A stretch of DNA of 64,000 nt from Candidatus Gastranaerophilales bacterium (GCA_963931575.1 OZ007029.1:189694-253693), one strand, 5' to 3'. Numbered from the stretch's first letter, positions 33,888 to 45,145 are shown. Notes: a model not told the origin generated them from the letters alone. Program-made: numbers and translations.

Positions 33888-34933
33888 TGAGGTTAGTGAT
33901 GAAAGAACAGTTAGAAAAAATATATGAAAGTGCTGTTAAAGAACTTGAAAACGCAGGTTCGATGAGTGACGTCGCACAAATCCGAGATACCTATTTAAGC
34001 CGCAAAGGCCAGTTAAATGAGATAAAAAAAGGTTTGAGAGACCTCTCTGACGAAGATAAAAAAATCGTCGGCTCGCTGGCTAATCAGATTTCTCAAAAGC
34101 TGGAAGAGGCTCTGCGCGAAAAACATGAGCTTTTTTATAAAAAAGAACTTGATGAAAAACTTGCAAAAGAAAGAATTGACGTTACTCTGACCGGTAAATT
34201 TGTTCCGCGCGGCCACGTTCATCCTATAACTTCTACCATTAACGAGATTACTTCAATTTTCCAAACGTTGGGGTTTTCACTTGTGCCGGAGGCTTTTTCT
34301 CCTGAGGTCGAAACCGAATATTACAACTTTGATATGCTTAATGTTCCGAAAGATCACCCTGCACGTGATGTTCAGGATACTTTTTACACGGCGCTTGCTA
34401 AAAATGTTGTATTGAGAAGCCAGACTTCCGGTGCGCAGATTCACGCAATGGAAGGAAAAACCCCGCCAATCCGCGTAATTGCGCCGGGCAGGGTTTACAG
34501 AAACGAAAATATTAATGCCCGCAAAAACAATTTCTTCCACCAGATTGAAGGGCTTTATGTTGATAAAGACATTACGTTCGGCGATTTGAAGGGCGTTTTA
34601 AACGAATTTATCAGACTTTATTTTGGTGAAAGCAGACCGACAAGATTCAGAAACAGCTTCTTCCCGTTCACTGAACCTTCTGCGGAAGTTGATGTTCAAT
34701 GCATTATGTGTCAGGGTAAGGGCTGCAGAATTTGTTCCGGCACCGGCTGGCTTGAAATTCTCGGTTCAGGCATGGTTGATCCTAATGTCCTAAGGGGTGT
34801 GGATATTGATCCGGATGTTTATTCCGGCTTTGCTTTCGGTATGGGCGTTGAAAGACTCGCAATGCTGAAATACGCAATTGATGATATCAGACTTTTCTTC
34901 AATAATGATGAAAGATTTTTGAAACAGTTTTAA
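33887..34933 (+). CDS. pheS: phenylalanine--tRNA ligase alpha subunit
   Basis: HPARDVQDTFY, RSQTSGAQI, FPFTEPSAEVDV, GFAFGMGVERLAM. Confidence 0.9.
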   Translation: MRLVMKEQLEKIYESAVKELENAGSMSDVAQIRDTYLSRKGQLNEIKKGLRDLSDEDKKIVGSLANQISQKLEEALREKHELFYKKELDEKLAKERIDVTLTGKFVPRGHVHPITSTINEITSIFQTLGFSLVPEAFSPEVETEYYNFDMLNVPKDHPARDVQDTFYTALAKNVVLRSQTSGAQIHAMEGKTPPIRVIAPGRVYRNENINARKNNFFHQIEGLYVDKDITFGDLKGVLNEFIRLYFGESRPTRFRNSFFPFTEPSAEVDVQCIMCQGKGCRICSGTGWLEILGSGMVDPNVLRGVDIDPDVYSGFAFGMGVERLAMLKYAIDDIRLFFNNDERFLKQF

Positions 34934-34980
34934 ATTAATAGACGGGCTGCTTGAATTTTCAAGCGGCCCGCCCAATATTT

Positions 34981-36996
34981 TTATTTAGTTGCATTTTGCT
35001 TTTTTAACGCTAGTCGTTCGAGTCTATCTTCTTCAAGTATTTTGGAAATTTGTTTTAAATCGTAAATTCGTTCACCATTTTCGTTACGAGTTTTGAGCAG
35101 CGTTCTGAAAAGTTTTTTGTTTTTGCCGTTAATTTGTTTGTAAACTTCCAATACATCATAATTAGAAATGGTAGGGCGTTTAATTCCCCGTGCCCGTTGC
35201 TGCGCACGAGTCTCGGCAACAGAATTGAACATTTCATTTAAAAATTGGTTTCTCATTTTTGTTGCGTTTTTAGAGTAATCGCCTATTTGCTCCTTGATTT
35301 GTTTCGAGGATTTCATTCTTGATTTAATAATTTCCTGCGCATCTTTCTGGATTAAGAGCTTTTGAGCTTTATAATCGCGTTTAATTTTTATTTTTGGCAT
35401 TGTAGTTTCTGTTTTTGCAGGTGTTGAACTAACCCCGTCATTTGCCGGAAGCGGTTTTATTTCCGGTTTTGCGAAAGATTTAACATAATCTTCGTATGAA
35501 ATCTGTTGTTTGATTTCTGCGGGTTTACCGGTTCCAAAGATTTTTGGCATAACTTCATACTTAAATTTACGTTTAAATCTCATTATTCCGGCCTTTGTAT
35601 CAGGGAAGAAGAACGCTGTCATTCTTTTAAGAGTTTCCTTTTGTCTTAGATTGTCTATGCCGGCCGGGCTGATATAATATTTATTATTAAGATTTTTACT
35701 TAAATTTTGTACTACATCTTCCGGTCTGGTTTTAAATCTGGCGTTACTGTTAATTATTTGAAGAAATTTATCTGCTTTTTTAGCCAGAACATCACTTCCG
35801 AAGGTGTCTGTATAGTACATAAGTTCGGTTAGCGGCTTTCTTGTTAGTATATCATTATTTTGCGCAACCGTATTAATTAATTTTTTGAAATTTTTATCAT
35901 TATCAATCCGGTTTAAAACTTCATTTAAAACGTCTATAGTATTACCTTCTGTGGCAAAACCGGAAAAGTTTTTGAATACAAGAATTCGCTCAGCCTTATT
36001 ATCTTTTGTTGTTGATTTTATGAGATTTTCGTAAAACTCAAGAGCTTTTTTATCCGTAATCGCTTCGCCATTCGTGAGTTGATTCAGCGGAATATCATTT
36101 TGGCTTAGCAGTTCAAAACCTTCTTTATTCCAGTTTTTTTCAAGCAATTTATCCGGAAGCTGCCTTAGCAGTAAGCTGCCATTTTTTATTTCTCTTATTG
36201 CTAATTTGGTATCAAATTCAGATGATGAAATTCCGGAATTTTCTTTTTCCAATTCCTTTATGAATTTTTCTACAAAGTTTGGGTTGTCGTGATGTAAGGA
36301 AATGTAGCTTCTGTAATTGTCAAAATTTTCTTTTAATTTCCCGCTGCCTTTTGATGTTACGATGTCAATGAGTTCTTGTGCGCTAAATTTAACCGGAATA
36401 TCTGCATCGGCTTTCTTTACTTCTCTCAACTGGTTTATCAGATTATAATTATCTTTATTTTCTTGAGCCAGCTTTAATAATTGTACGGTTTCGTTAAATG
36501 TATATGAAGAATCATTTACTATATTAAGATGTAGTTTATCCGGTTTCGGAACTGAATGATATACTTCTTCTATTTGTTCAAAGGCGTTTTTCGGGATATC
36601 TATTTTATGCGTAAATAAATCCACTGTAATTTTGTCGGCAAGCCCCTTGAAAAATTTCATCCGTTCCGGTTGATGCGGGGTTACGTATTTTTTGAGTTTT
36701 TTACGGCTGATACTTAGATTGTTTGAAATGTCGCTTAAAAAGGATTCCGTATAATGTTTCATTTCAGCGTTTACAAAAATATCTTTTTTCAGACCGGGTA
36801 ATTTAAATCCAAAGTTTAAGTTATCATTTGTGTTGAAATTTTGTTGTTTGTAATTTGAATACGTATTGTTAAAAGAGTTAATTTTAGTTATCTGCATATA
36901 GTCCTCAGCAAATTTAGTACATTGTTGGGGATTAAAAACCGGAAAAGGAAATTTCTTGCCAGTATGTGAATAATTGTTAAGATAACAATTCTTCAC
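34981..36996 (-). CDS. large Lys/Asn-rich hypothetical protein (orphan)
   Basis: 671-aa ORF with no motif recognised. Its GTG start overlaps the stop of the HicB-like gene. Confidence 0.4.
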   Translation of the reverse strand: MKNCYLNNYSHTGKKFPFPVFNPQQCTKFAEDYMQITKINSFNNTYSNYKQQNFNTNDNLNFGFKLPGLKKDIFVNAEMKHYTESFLSDISNNLSISRKKLKKYVTPHQPERMKFFKGLADKITVDLFTHKIDIPKNAFEQIEEVYHSVPKPDKLHLNIVNDSSYTFNETVQLLKLAQENKDNYNLINQLREVKKADADIPVKFSAQELIDIVTSKGSGKLKENFDNYRSYISLHHDNPNFVEKFIKELEKENSGISSSEFDTKLAIREIKNGSLLLRQLPDKLLEKNWNKEGFELLSQNDIPLNQLTNGEAITDKKALEFYENLIKSTTKDNKAERILVFKNFSGFATEGNTIDVLNEVLNRIDNDKNFKKLINTVAQNNDILTRKPLTELMYYTDTFGSDVLAKKADKFLQIINSNARFKTRPEDVVQNLSKNLNNKYYISPAGIDNLRQKETLKRMTAFFFPDTKAGIMRFKRKFKYEVMPKIFGTGKPAEIKQQISYEDYVKSFAKPEIKPLPANDGVSSTPAKTETTMPKIKIKRDYKAQKLLIQKDAQEIIKSRMKSSKQIKEQIGDYSKNATKMRNQFLNEMFNSVAETRAQQRARGIKRPTISNYDVLEVYKQINGKNKKLFRTLLKTRNENGERIYDLKQISKILEEDRLERLALKKQNATK

Positions 36997-37226
36997 GGTT
37001 CGGGGATTTCATCGCCGAATTCAAGCATAACCTGTAATGTCATGCGCAGCTGCGTTTTGTAGTTCGCGCGTGCTTTTTCTATAGTTTTGGCGCAAAAGGT
37101 AAAGCTCGGAATTTCCTTTATCTCTATGTAGTGATAAGGGTTCCCGTCAAAATCCAAATCAGTTCCCTCTATTAACGTCCAGTTAAGGTTTAAATAGTAA
37201 TCTAAATCTTTTTGTTCGCTTTTCAT
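36993..37226 (-). CDS. HicB-like (antitoxin N-terminal fold) small protein
   Basis: 77 aa. YHYIEIKEIPSFTFCAKTIEKARANYKTQLRMTLQVMLEFGDEIPEP resembles the HicB N-domain pattern. Confidence 0.4.
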   Translation of the reverse strand: MKSEQKDLDYYLNLNWTLIEGTDLDFDGNPYHYIEIKEIPSFTFCAKTIEKARANYKTQLRMTLQVMLEFGDEIPEP

Positions 37227-37233
37227 TTACCCT

Positions 37234-37827
37234 TTAGCCTCCAAGGGAATTTTCATTCAGCGGCTGTGTAATCATAATACCTTCTCCGCCAAGGACTTCG
37301 ACCGGCTGGTTCTCAATAAGGAGGTAAACCGGTTTTGTTGTGTTATATTTCGCGGTTTTAATAAGCTGGAAGATTCTTTTATAAATGCTGTCTGTGCCGC
37401 CGCCGGTGTCAAAATGTTTTGATAAATTTATATAGACACCTTCCGGAGCCTCAACAATGCTTAAGAGTCTTGTCCCGACTGGAATTTCAGAATATACGCC
37501 TAATTGAACTTCTTCCGGTTTCGGGCCGTCTATGAGTGCGGTTATCGCAAATTTAATCGGAGTGCCGTCAACTGTCGGGTCATATTTCCTTTTTACGGCT
37601 TTATAAACTTCTTCTTTATTTTTGTTTTGACCGATGAAAAATACGTTTATATACTGGCTTTCGGTATTATCATCAGGAGTTTCAACTTCTTCCGGTGCGG
37701 TTACGACTTCAGTCGGTGCCGGCGGGGTTTTCATCCCCTTTACGGAGAATGCAAAAGCTATTGCTACTAATATTGTTAAAATTATTAGGATGATATTTAA
37801 GCTTTTTTTGTCCATTAAGTTCCTCAC
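37234..37827 (-). CDS. GerMN-domain protein
   Basis: TM anchor. ITALIDGPKPEE...GVYSEIPVGTRLL...VYINLS...GGG. Confidence 0.6.
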   Translation of the reverse strand: MRNLMDKKSLNIILIILTILVAIAFAFSVKGMKTPPAPTEVVTAPEEVETPDDNTESQYINVFFIGQNKNKEEVYKAVKRKYDPTVDGTPIKFAITALIDGPKPEEVQLGVYSEIPVGTRLLSIVEAPEGVYINLSKHFDTGGGTDSIYKRIFQLIKTAKYNTTKPVYLLIENQPVEVLGGEGIMITQPLNENSLGG

Positions 37828-38654
37828 TTCCTGATGTTTACAAATGCTTTTAGAACAATTCGGTCGTTGTTGATGAAGATTTCGTTTATATCAGCATCTA
37901 TTTTATTATTTTCTAAGATTTTAACAGAAAAATCAAGCGGGTTAACATAATTTAACGCATCCGTCATGTTTAAAATGCTTAAGATTGTCGGCTTACCTGA
38001 GCTGTCGGTAGTTGAGATTTTTATATCTTCATTGATTATATTAAGCCCTGTGCCTAAATGAACCTGCTGTTTTTTAGGTGAAAACGGGGTGCTGACGGTA
38101 AAATTGTACCAGAGTTTGCCGGAATTGATTTCAAAATTGACGTTTTCAATCCGCAGAATTCCCATAAGGTTCTGGTTAATTTTTTTGATTGTTTTTTTGT
38201 AGTCAGTGGTGTTGGTTATTCTGTTGAGGTCCTCGGCGCTGAATTCCAGTGTGACTTCTGCCGGAAAGTCTGAAACAAACCGGTACGTTGAATTAGCGGT
38301 CTTTTCAAGCTGGTTGAAGTCACAGAGCGAATTGAGCGAAATTTTTGCAGCACTAACTCCGTCAAAGAATACATTTTCACCTATCGCATTTAAACTTTTA
38401 AACTTACCGTCTTTAAGGTCTGAGGTGCTGAAAGAGTCGATTTTTATGTCAAAATCACCCTGTGCATAAGTAGAAATTTGTTTTTCAAGATAATGTTCAA
38501 GGATTGTTTTGTGGATAAAGTTGCTTCCAGAAATCCGGCTCAAAGTTCTTTCCCAGCCGGAGGTAAGGTCATAACTGCTCCGGCAGATATCAGATGCAAA
38601 ACTCATTTGACCCGTAAATACCAGCAGCATTAAAATTAATAAAAGCTTTCTCAT
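37824..38654 (-). CDS. secreted hypothetical protein (DUF2993/LmeA-like?)
   Basis: Signal peptide MRKLLLILMLLVFTGQMSFA. The family call is tentative. Confidence 0.35.
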   Translation of the reverse strand: MRKLLLILMLLVFTGQMSFASDICRSSYDLTSGWERTLSRISGSNFIHKTILEHYLEKQISTYAQGDFDIKIDSFSTSDLKDGKFKSLNAIGENVFFDGVSAAKISLNSLCDFNQLEKTANSTYRFVSDFPAEVTLEFSAEDLNRITNTTDYKKTIKKINQNLMGILRIENVNFEINSGKLWYNFTVSTPFSPKKQQVHLGTGLNIINEDIKISTTDSSGKPTILSILNMTDALNYVNPLDFSVKILENNKIDADINEIFINNDRIVLKAFVNIRK

Positions 38655-39535
38655 ACAAACACTTTCTTAAGACTAATTATATTATCCATGCTGAAACCGA
38701 TTGCGCAAATATTATTTTCTCTGGTTAAAAGAAGAAATTCTTCATTGTTTAATCCGTCACGTTTAAATGAAACCCCGTTTTTGATTTTTGCAAATTCAGA
38801 TTCTGTGACTTCAAGCTGTTTTAGCGGCAAAACCTCCAGCGGGTTGATTAAATGGCTTCTAACATCATCAAATACAAGTTTTTGTAAAGTTATTGCACAG
38901 TCGAGGGTGAAGCGTCCTGCCTGAGTTCGGACTAAAGCACTTAAATGCGCGCCGCAGCCGAGTTTCGCGCCTAAATCAAACGCAAGAGAGCGGATATAGG
39001 TTCCTTTTGAACATTTTACTTCAAGCTGTGCGGTCTGTAAAGTTTCGTCAAAGGTTTTCAATTCCAGTTTTTCTATTGTAACGCGGCGTGGTTGAATTTC
39101 CACTTCTTCGCCTTTGCGTGCGTATTCATAAAGCTTTTTCCCGTTAACCTTTATTGCCGAATATATAGGCGGAAGCTGTTCTATTTCGCCCCGAAAGTCT
39201 TTAAGAGCGTCTTCTATTTGAGCTCGGGTAACTTTTTTGTCAAAGGTTTGTGTTACGGTGCCGTCAATGTCGTAGGTGTCTGTGTTTGAGCCAAATTGAA
39301 CGGTCGCAAGATAGGCTTTGTTATCTTCAAGATATTCTATTAACCGTGTGGCTTTGCCGATACAAATTGGCAGAACACCTTCCGCAAAAGGATCAAGAGT
39401 TCCCGTGTGCCCGATTTGTCTGATTCCGGTAAGACGGCGGACATTTGCAACTACATCGTGCGAGGTCATGCCTTTGGGTTTGTTGATATTCAAAAAACCG
39501 TAGCACTGACCGTTCGGTTTTAGCACGCTGCCCAC
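38651..39535 (-). CDS. truB: tRNA pseudouridine(55) synthase
   Basis: GFLNINKPKGMTSHDVV, GHTGTLDPFAEGVLPI, PPIYSAIKV. Confidence 0.9.
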   Translation of the reverse strand: MGSVLKPNGQCYGFLNINKPKGMTSHDVVANVRRLTGIRQIGHTGTLDPFAEGVLPICIGKATRLIEYLEDNKAYLATVQFGSNTDTYDIDGTVTQTFDKKVTRAQIEDALKDFRGEIEQLPPIYSAIKVNGKKLYEYARKGEEVEIQPRRVTIEKLELKTFDETLQTAQLEVKCSKGTYIRSLAFDLGAKLGCGAHLSALVRTQAGRFTLDCAITLQKLVFDDVRSHLINPLEVLPLKQLEVTESEFAKIKNGVSFKRDGLNNEEFLLLTRENNICAIGFSMDNIISLKKVFV

Positions 39536-39537
39536 GG

Positions 39538-39882
39538 TTAAATTTCTCCTCTTGAAATTTTGTTTATAATATCGGTTACTCTGGAACCCTTTTCAAATGA
39601 ATCTGTGTAGACAAAACGTAATTCCGGAGTAAGTCTTAAACGAATGCGTTTGCCGACTTCATAGCGGATTTTAGGGGTATTTTTTTCTATAACTTCTTTT
39701 GTGTGTTCAATTTGTTCTTCTGACCCGAGCACGCTGTAGATTACTTTTGCAAAAGAGTTATCGTGTGCAACTTCTATATCCACAACTGACACGACACCGG
39801 CAAGACCTCTTATTTCGCGCTGTAAAATTTCAGAGATATCGCGCATTAATTCTTTTCTTACACGTTCATTTCTTAAAGTCAT
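39538..39882 (-). CDS. rbfA: ribosome-binding factor A
   Basis: RVRKELMRDISEIL...PELRF; sits in the infB-rbfA-truB order. Confidence 0.85.
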   Translation of the reverse strand: MTLRNERVRKELMRDISEILQREIRGLAGVVSVVDIEVAHDNSFAKVIYSVLGSEEQIEHTKEVIEKNTPKIRYEVGKRIRLRLTPELRFVYTDSFEKGSRVTDIINKISRGEI

Positions 39883-39952
39883 TTTAATTACCTCTTTTTA
39901 TTCCGTCTGCCAAATCAAAGATTTGAAACGGCGGTGCTATTTATTTCGCTCT

Positions 39953-42481
39953 TTACAGACTTGTTCTTTCGACTTCTTCTGTCGTTGAAACCTGAATAAT
40001 ATCGCCGATTTGAATGTCGTTGAATTTCGCGAATGAAATCCCGCATTCAAAGCCTTGAGCGACCTCTTTAACATCATCTTTGAAACGTTTAAGCTGGTCA
40101 ATTGCCCCTGTGAATATTTCTTTGCCATCACGTATGAGAACAGCGTTTTTGCCTCTAATGATTTTGCCTTCCGTAACGTAGCAGCCGGCAATTTTAGTTG
40201 TCTTACCGATTGTAAAGATTTGTCTGATTTCAGCTTTACCGAGTTGAACTTCTTTTGTTTCAGGCTCAAGAAGTGAAAGCATTGTTTTTTCAATATCTTC
40301 AAGAATTTGATAAATGATATCGTATTTTTTGATAACAACGCCTTCTTTTTCAGCTGCGATAAGAGCGTTAGAATCTTCTTTGACAGTGAAGCCTAAAATT
40401 AGTGCGCCGGAGGCGGAAGCAAGCATTACATCAGCTTCTGAAATATCGCCGACACCGACGTGAATAATTTTTGTTTTAATAAGATTGGATTCAAGCTGTG
40501 CAATCGCTTGAGAAACAGCTTCTGCAGAACCGTGGGTATTAGCTTTGATAATAAGGTTCAATTGCGGAATATCGTTGTCGCCCGCAACTGCTTCGCGGCG
40601 GATATGTGCAGGAAGTGTTGCCTCAATACGTTTGTTGCGTTCTTTTTCTTTGCGCTTGTCGACAATTGCCTTCATTTCTTTTTCGTTTTGAACGACTTCA
40701 AAGTGTTCGCCTGCTTGCGGAACTTCTGTTAAGCCTAAAATCTCTACAGGAGTTGACGGCTCAGCTTTCTGGATACGTTCGCCGCTATCGGAAAGCAGCG
40801 CACGTACGCGGCCGCAGGCAGTACCGACAACGATGCAGTTGCCCACGCGTAAAGTTCCGTTTTGTACTAAAAGTGTTGCAACAGGGCCTTTGCCTTTATC
40901 AAGGTTTGCTTCGATTACAACGCCTGAAGCTTCTGCCTTAGGGTTAGCCTTAAGCTCTTCCATATCCGCAACAAGCAGAATGTATTCAAGAAGTTCATCA
41001 ATACCGGTTCCCTGTAGTGCAGAAACTTTGACCGTAATAGTATCGCCGCCCCATTCTTCAGGTACAAGCCCGTGTTCGGTCAATTGCTGTAAAATTTTAT
41101 CAGGATTAGCCCCCGGTTTATCAATTTTGTTTACAGCAACGATAATTGGGATTTCAGCGGCTTTTGCGTGGTTAATCGCTTCAATTGTTTGAGGCATTAT
41201 GCCGTCATCTGCCGCAACAACAAGAATTGCAATATCAGTTGCTTTTGCACCGCGTGCACGCATTTCGGTAAACGCTTCATGCCCCGGGGTGTCGAGGAAT
41301 ACAACTTTTTTATCTCCGACATAAACGGTATACGCACCAATTGACTGTGTAATTCCGCCGACTTCGGTCGCAACGATTTTGTGTTTTGAAGCGCGGATAC
41401 TGTCAAGAAGTGTTGTTTTACCGTGGTCAACGTGACCCATAATTGATACAACCGGCGCGCGTTTTTTAAGTAATTTTTTATCGACTTCTTCCAGAGCTTT
41501 GGATTTTTGTTCTTTTTCCAGTTCTTCTTCAATGTAAGCGTCAAGATCCTCTTCAAGGACTTCAATGCCAAATTCATTACAGATTTTTTTGATAACTTCA
41601 ACGTCAATAAGCTGGTTAAGGGTTGCCATAATTCCGTTAAGCATTAAAAATTTAACGATTTCGGCAGGTGTGCGTTGAATTTTTTCGGAAAGTTCGCTGA
41701 TTGTCATTGCCTGAGTTACAACGAGTTGCGTGACCTGTTCAATATCTTCCGTTTTTTGCGTACGTTTTTTGTGATGCTGGGCAGCAGCTTTTTCCAGTGA
41801 AATTCTTTCCTGTTCTTCTTTCTTAGAATTAAAATCTTTATTTTTCTTTTTGTTTGCGCCGCCTTCTGTGCGTTTTCTGCTGTTAGACTTGTTGTCGTAG
41901 ATTTCTTGCGGAATAATCCGGCGTTCAATCGGTTTTTTGTCGCCCTGCTCTCTATTCGGACGTTGTTCTTCTCTTGTTTGGGAAGATTTTTTGTCAAACG
42001 GACGTTTCTCGCCTCTGTCGCCTTTTTCTGTGCGCGGCGGGAATTTGTTTTGTGAAGCATCGCGCTGAGGGTATCTTCTGTTTTCCGTCATTGGTTTATT
42101 CGGGTAAGGACGGCGTTCCCCTTCTTCTGCTCGCGGTGCGCGGCGGACTATTTCCAACCTGTTAACAACCGGTTTCGGTTTTACGACTTCAACGCGCGGA
42201 GCGGGTTTCTCCGGTTTTTCTTCTGCTTTTTCAGGGGCTTTTTCTTCCGGTTCTTCTACATTTTTTGCTTTTTTAACGACAAAAGCTTTAGGTTTTTTTG
42301 CCACAACCTGCGAACCCTGACTGATAAATTCTTTCAGCCTTCTGATTTGATCAGGAGTAACAGTGCTTGAATGAGTTTTGCCGGTAATACCCATTTGAGT
42401 ATATTTTTCGACAATTTCTTTGCTGGATATCCCCAGTTCTTTTGCTAATTCATTTATTCTAATAGGTGATTCAAAACTCAT
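39953..42481 (-). CDS. infB: translation initiation factor IF-2
   Basis: [29 protein letters not shown]; Lys/Glu/Pro-rich N-terminus. Confidence 0.95.
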   Translation of the reverse strand: MSFESPIRINELAKELGISSKEIVEKYTQMGITGKTHSSTVTPDQIRRLKEFISQGSQVVAKKPKAFVVKKAKNVEEPEEKAPEKAEEKPEKPAPRVEVVKPKPVVNRLEIVRRAPRAEEGERRPYPNKPMTENRRYPQRDASQNKFPPRTEKGDRGEKRPFDKKSSQTREEQRPNREQGDKKPIERRIIPQEIYDNKSNSRKRTEGGANKKKNKDFNSKKEEQERISLEKAAAQHHKKRTQKTEDIEQVTQLVVTQAMTISELSEKIQRTPAEIVKFLMLNGIMATLNQLIDVEVIKKICNEFGIEVLEEDLDAYIEEELEKEQKSKALEEVDKKLLKKRAPVVSIMGHVDHGKTTLLDSIRASKHKIVATEVGGITQSIGAYTVYVGDKKVVFLDTPGHEAFTEMRARGAKATDIAILVVAADDGIMPQTIEAINHAKAAEIPIIVAVNKIDKPGANPDKILQQLTEHGLVPEEWGGDTITVKVSALQGTGIDELLEYILLVADMEELKANPKAEASGVVIEANLDKGKGPVATLLVQNGTLRVGNCIVVGTACGRVRALLSDSGERIQKAEPSTPVEILGLTEVPQAGEHFEVVQNEKEMKAIVDKRKEKERNKRIEATLPAHIRREAVAGDNDIPQLNLIIKANTHGSAEAVSQAIAQLESNLIKTKIIHVGVGDISEADVMLASASGALILGFTVKEDSNALIAAEKEGVVIKKYDIIYQILEDIEKTMLSLLEPETKEVQLGKAEIRQIFTIGKTTKIAGCYVTEGKIIRGKNAVLIRDGKEIFTGAIDQLKRFKDDVKEVAQGFECGISFAKFNDIQIGDIIQVSTTEEVERTSL

Positions 42482-42716
42482 TAATTATTTTTCCTTTCAA
42501 ATCCTCTGGTAAGCTTGTACGCAGTGCCTTTTGGAGTTTATTCTTTTTAAATGCGGCTTCAATACACGATTTATTATAGCAAAGATATGCAGATCTGCCA
42601 AATATTTTTGTATCGTGGTTGAGAACGACGGCGCCTGTTCGGGATTGTTTTGTGATTTTTATCAAATCTTTTGTGTCTTTAATTTCTCCGCAGGCAACGC
42701 ATTTTCTCTCTGTCAT
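42471..42716 (-). CDS. ylxR: YlxR/DUF448 RNA-binding protein
   Basis: RKCVACGEIKDTKDLIKI...GRSAYLC; lies immediately upstream of infB. Confidence 0.75.
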   Translation of the reverse strand: MTERKCVACGEIKDTKDLIKITKQSRTGAVVLNHDTKIFGRSAYLCYNKSCIEAAFKKNKLQKALRTSLPEDLKGKIINEF

Positions 42717-43798
42717 TAATTTACCTCTGCAAGCTTTTCCAGTTTTAACTTCTGGTCGTATTCCGTGAGGAGTTTGAGCAGCTCGTCCAAATCCCCGTCA
42801 ATAACAGTCCAGACGTTAAGGTTATGGTTAATACGGTGGTCGGTCAGGCGTCCTTGCGGGAAGTTGTAGGTACGGATACGTTCGCTTCTGTCACCGGAGC
42901 CGACTTGAGAGCGGCGAAGGTCGGTGATTTCTTTCATTTGTTTTTGAACTTCCATATCATAAAGTTTTGCTTTAAGAATTTGGAGTGCGCGTTCTTTGTT
43001 TTGAAGCTGTGAGCGTTCTTCCGTACAGAAAATCATGATTCCTGTCGGTTTGTGGAAAACTCTGGCAGCGGTTTCGACTTTGTTAACGTTTTGACCGCCT
43101 GCGCCGCCTGAACGTGCGGTTGTGATTTCAATATCGTTCATATTGAGTTCAATTTCAACGTCATCAACTTCCGGCATAACGGCAACTGTTGCGGTTGAAG
43201 TATGAACCCGTCCTTGAGATTCGGTTGCCGGAACCCTTTGGACGCGGTGAACTCCGGATTCGTATTTAAGTTTGGAATATACACTATCCCCTTTTATTGA
43301 AACAATAACTTCCGAATATCCGCCGGCTTCGCATTCTGTTTTAGAGAGAATTTGTGTCTGCCAGCCTTGCTTGTCGGCAAAACGCAGATACATTCTCAAA
43401 AGGTCGCCTGCAAAAATGTTTGCCTCATCGCCGCCCGCACCGCCGCGGATTTCAAGCATAATATCTTTATCATCCATCGGGTCGCGCGGAAGCAGAAGAA
43501 CTTTCATTTTTTCTTCATACTGAGGAATTTTTGCTTCATTTTCTTCCAGTTCTGATTTCAGAAATGCTCTCATTTCTTCGTCAGTTTCACCGTGTAATAA
43601 TTCTTTTGTTTCGGCTATTGTGTCATTAGCTTTTTTCCAGGCATAGTAAGTTTCAACGGTTTCTTCCATAGCTTTTCTCTGCTTGGAAAGGTCGCGGAAA
43701 CGGTTGTAATCCTGAATTACAGCAGGGTCTGAGAGAGTTTCTCCCAACTCAATGTATTTTTTCTCTATTTGTTCAATCTTATCTAACATATCTTTCAT
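42716..43798 (-). CDS. prfA: peptide chain release factor 1
   Basis: [12 protein letters not shown] (PxT tripeptide), [15 protein letters not shown] (GGQ). Confidence 0.9.
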   Translation of the reverse strand: MKDMLDKIEQIEKKYIELGETLSDPAVIQDYNRFRDLSKQRKAMEETVETYYAWKKANDTIAETKELLHGETDEEMRAFLKSELEENEAKIPQYEEKMKVLLLPRDPMDDKDIMLEIRGGAGGDEANIFAGDLLRMYLRFADKQGWQTQILSKTECEAGGYSEVIVSIKGDSVYSKLKYESGVHRVQRVPATESQGRVHTSTATVAVMPEVDDVEIELNMNDIEITTARSGGAGGQNVNKVETAARVFHKPTGIMIFCTEERSQLQNKERALQILKAKLYDMEVQKQMKEITDLRRSQVGSGDRSERIRTYNFPQGRLTDHRINHNLNVWTVIDGDLDELLKLLTEYDQKLKLEKLAEVN

Positions 43799-43889
43799 AA
43801 GATTGATTATAGTACAAAAATATTTTTATTCAACAATAGAACTTCCGACTCTCGCCGGAAGTTCTATGCTCAAGTATGATTTTAAAAAT

Positions 43890-44768
43890 TTATTCCCCGA
43901 GGTTAAGTTGTGAGAACTGAACGATTTTGTTTTTACCGCGTTTTTTAGCGTTGTAAAGCGCGTGTTCTGCATAACGAATAACGGTATTTGCGTCCTCTTC
44001 AACGTTTTCCATGCAAGGATATGTTGAAATCCCGCCGGAAATCGTTATCGGGTGGCGTTCTTCTTCCCCTGCCGGAATAAATTCCATACGTTCAATGTCG
44101 CGTCTGAAACGTTCTGCAAACAGGAAGGCCTGTTCTTCCGAAGTATTTGGAAGAATTACCAGAAATTCTTCGTCCCCGTAGCGGGTAAGAATATCTTCTT
44201 TTCTGATTAATTGTTTTAATTTTTCAGCAACGGATTTAAGAAGGACATCGCCCCAGCTGTAGCCGTAAATGTCGTTTACGACTTTGAAGAAGTCAAGGTC
44301 AAACAGCAGGCAGGAAAGTTTCAAACCGTAGCGTTTTGAACGTGAAATTTCCTGATCAAGACGTTCCTGCATATATTTTCTGTTATGCAGTCCCGTTAAT
44401 TCGTCTGTCGTTGAAACCTGACGGATTTTTGTCATAAGTTCGCGGATTCTGAGCATTGCGCGGACTCTTATAATAAGTTCGCTTGTATCAAGCGGAGTCT
44501 TTATAAAGTCGTAAGCAAAAGCTCTTACCACCTGTGCTTTTTTAAACTCTTCTCCGATAAATAAAATCGGGGTTTTAAACTTAACGAGAGCGAGAGTATC
44601 TGGCAAGTTTGTAACATTTTCAGTTATAATAAGGCTCGGGTTCAGTGTTTCATACTCTTTTAGAGTATAGTCCTCTTCAACCCGTATATTTGCGTCCTCA
44701 AATTCTTTTTCAAGAAGATCTGCGATATTAGATTCTTTTCTTGGTGCATAAATTACGATATTTTTCAT
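43890..44768 (-). CDS. REC-like + GGDEF diguanylate cyclase
   Basis: DELTGLHNRKY, RYGDEEFLVIL. ATG 44768 (MKNIVIYAPRK) is preferred; the track's longer ORF runs into the duplicated promoter block. Confidence 0.75.
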   Translation of the reverse strand: MKNIVIYAPRKESNIADLLEKEFEDANIRVEEDYTLKEYETLNPSLIITENVTNLPDTLALVKFKTPILFIGEEFKKAQVVRAFAYDFIKTPLDTSELIIRVRAMLRIRELMTKIRQVSTTDELTGLHNRKYMQERLDQEISRSKRYGLKLSCLLFDLDFFKVVNDIYGYSWGDVLLKSVAEKLKQLIRKEDILTRYGDEEFLVILPNTSEEQAFLFAERFRRDIERMEFIPAGEEERHPITISGGISTYPCMENVEEDANTVIRYAEHALYNAKKRGKNKIVQFSQLNLGE

Positions 44769-44899
44769 ACAAAACCTCTCTTTTAACTTCAATTCTATCA
44801 TATTTTTTGAATGAAAGCAATCATATATTGACATGACTTGAAACATGGTACATAACCGCCGGTCAAGGCGGCTTCCTAATTAGACCCTTGCTATCGGTC

Positions 44900-44928
44900 T
44901 TGACTAAACTCAAAACATGGTACATAAT
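44900..44928 (+). promoter_or_regulatory. Promoter of pilin paralogue 3
   Basis: TTGACT-17 bp-CATAAT. A partial duplicate of the aacatggtacataa block lies at 44836-44850. Confidence 0.7.
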
Positions 44929-44933
44929 AAGAG

Positions 44934-45096
44934 TGGCAATAAGTAAATAAGGCAATAGGGCAAAAAGTCGTTATGGCCAAATTGACGATAAAAGTTAATA
45001 AGTTAATAGGTTAAAGAGTTAATAAGGAATATGACCGAATGAAAGAAAAAAAGAATATTCCTATTGCCCTAATGCCTTAATGACCTATTGCCTTAT
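44934..45096 (+). repeat. AT-rich GGCAATAAG inverted-repeat leader (copy 3, expanded loop with GTTAATAAG units)
   Basis: Left arm gtggcaataagtaaataaggcaatagggc; right arm cctattgccctaatgccttaatgacctattgccttat. Confidence 0.8.
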
Positions 45097-45145
45097 GCAA
45101 AAAAAAGAAAGGATGGAAAAATGAAAAAGCGAATTGTAAGTATGT

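Noticed and set aside
39937-42165. Several 100-136 aa ORFs in alternative frames and strands within infB
   Set aside because: They are embedded in a highly conserved essential gene. Their basic, low-complexity translations are typical of frame-shifted readings of the Lys/Glu-rich IF-2 N-terminus.
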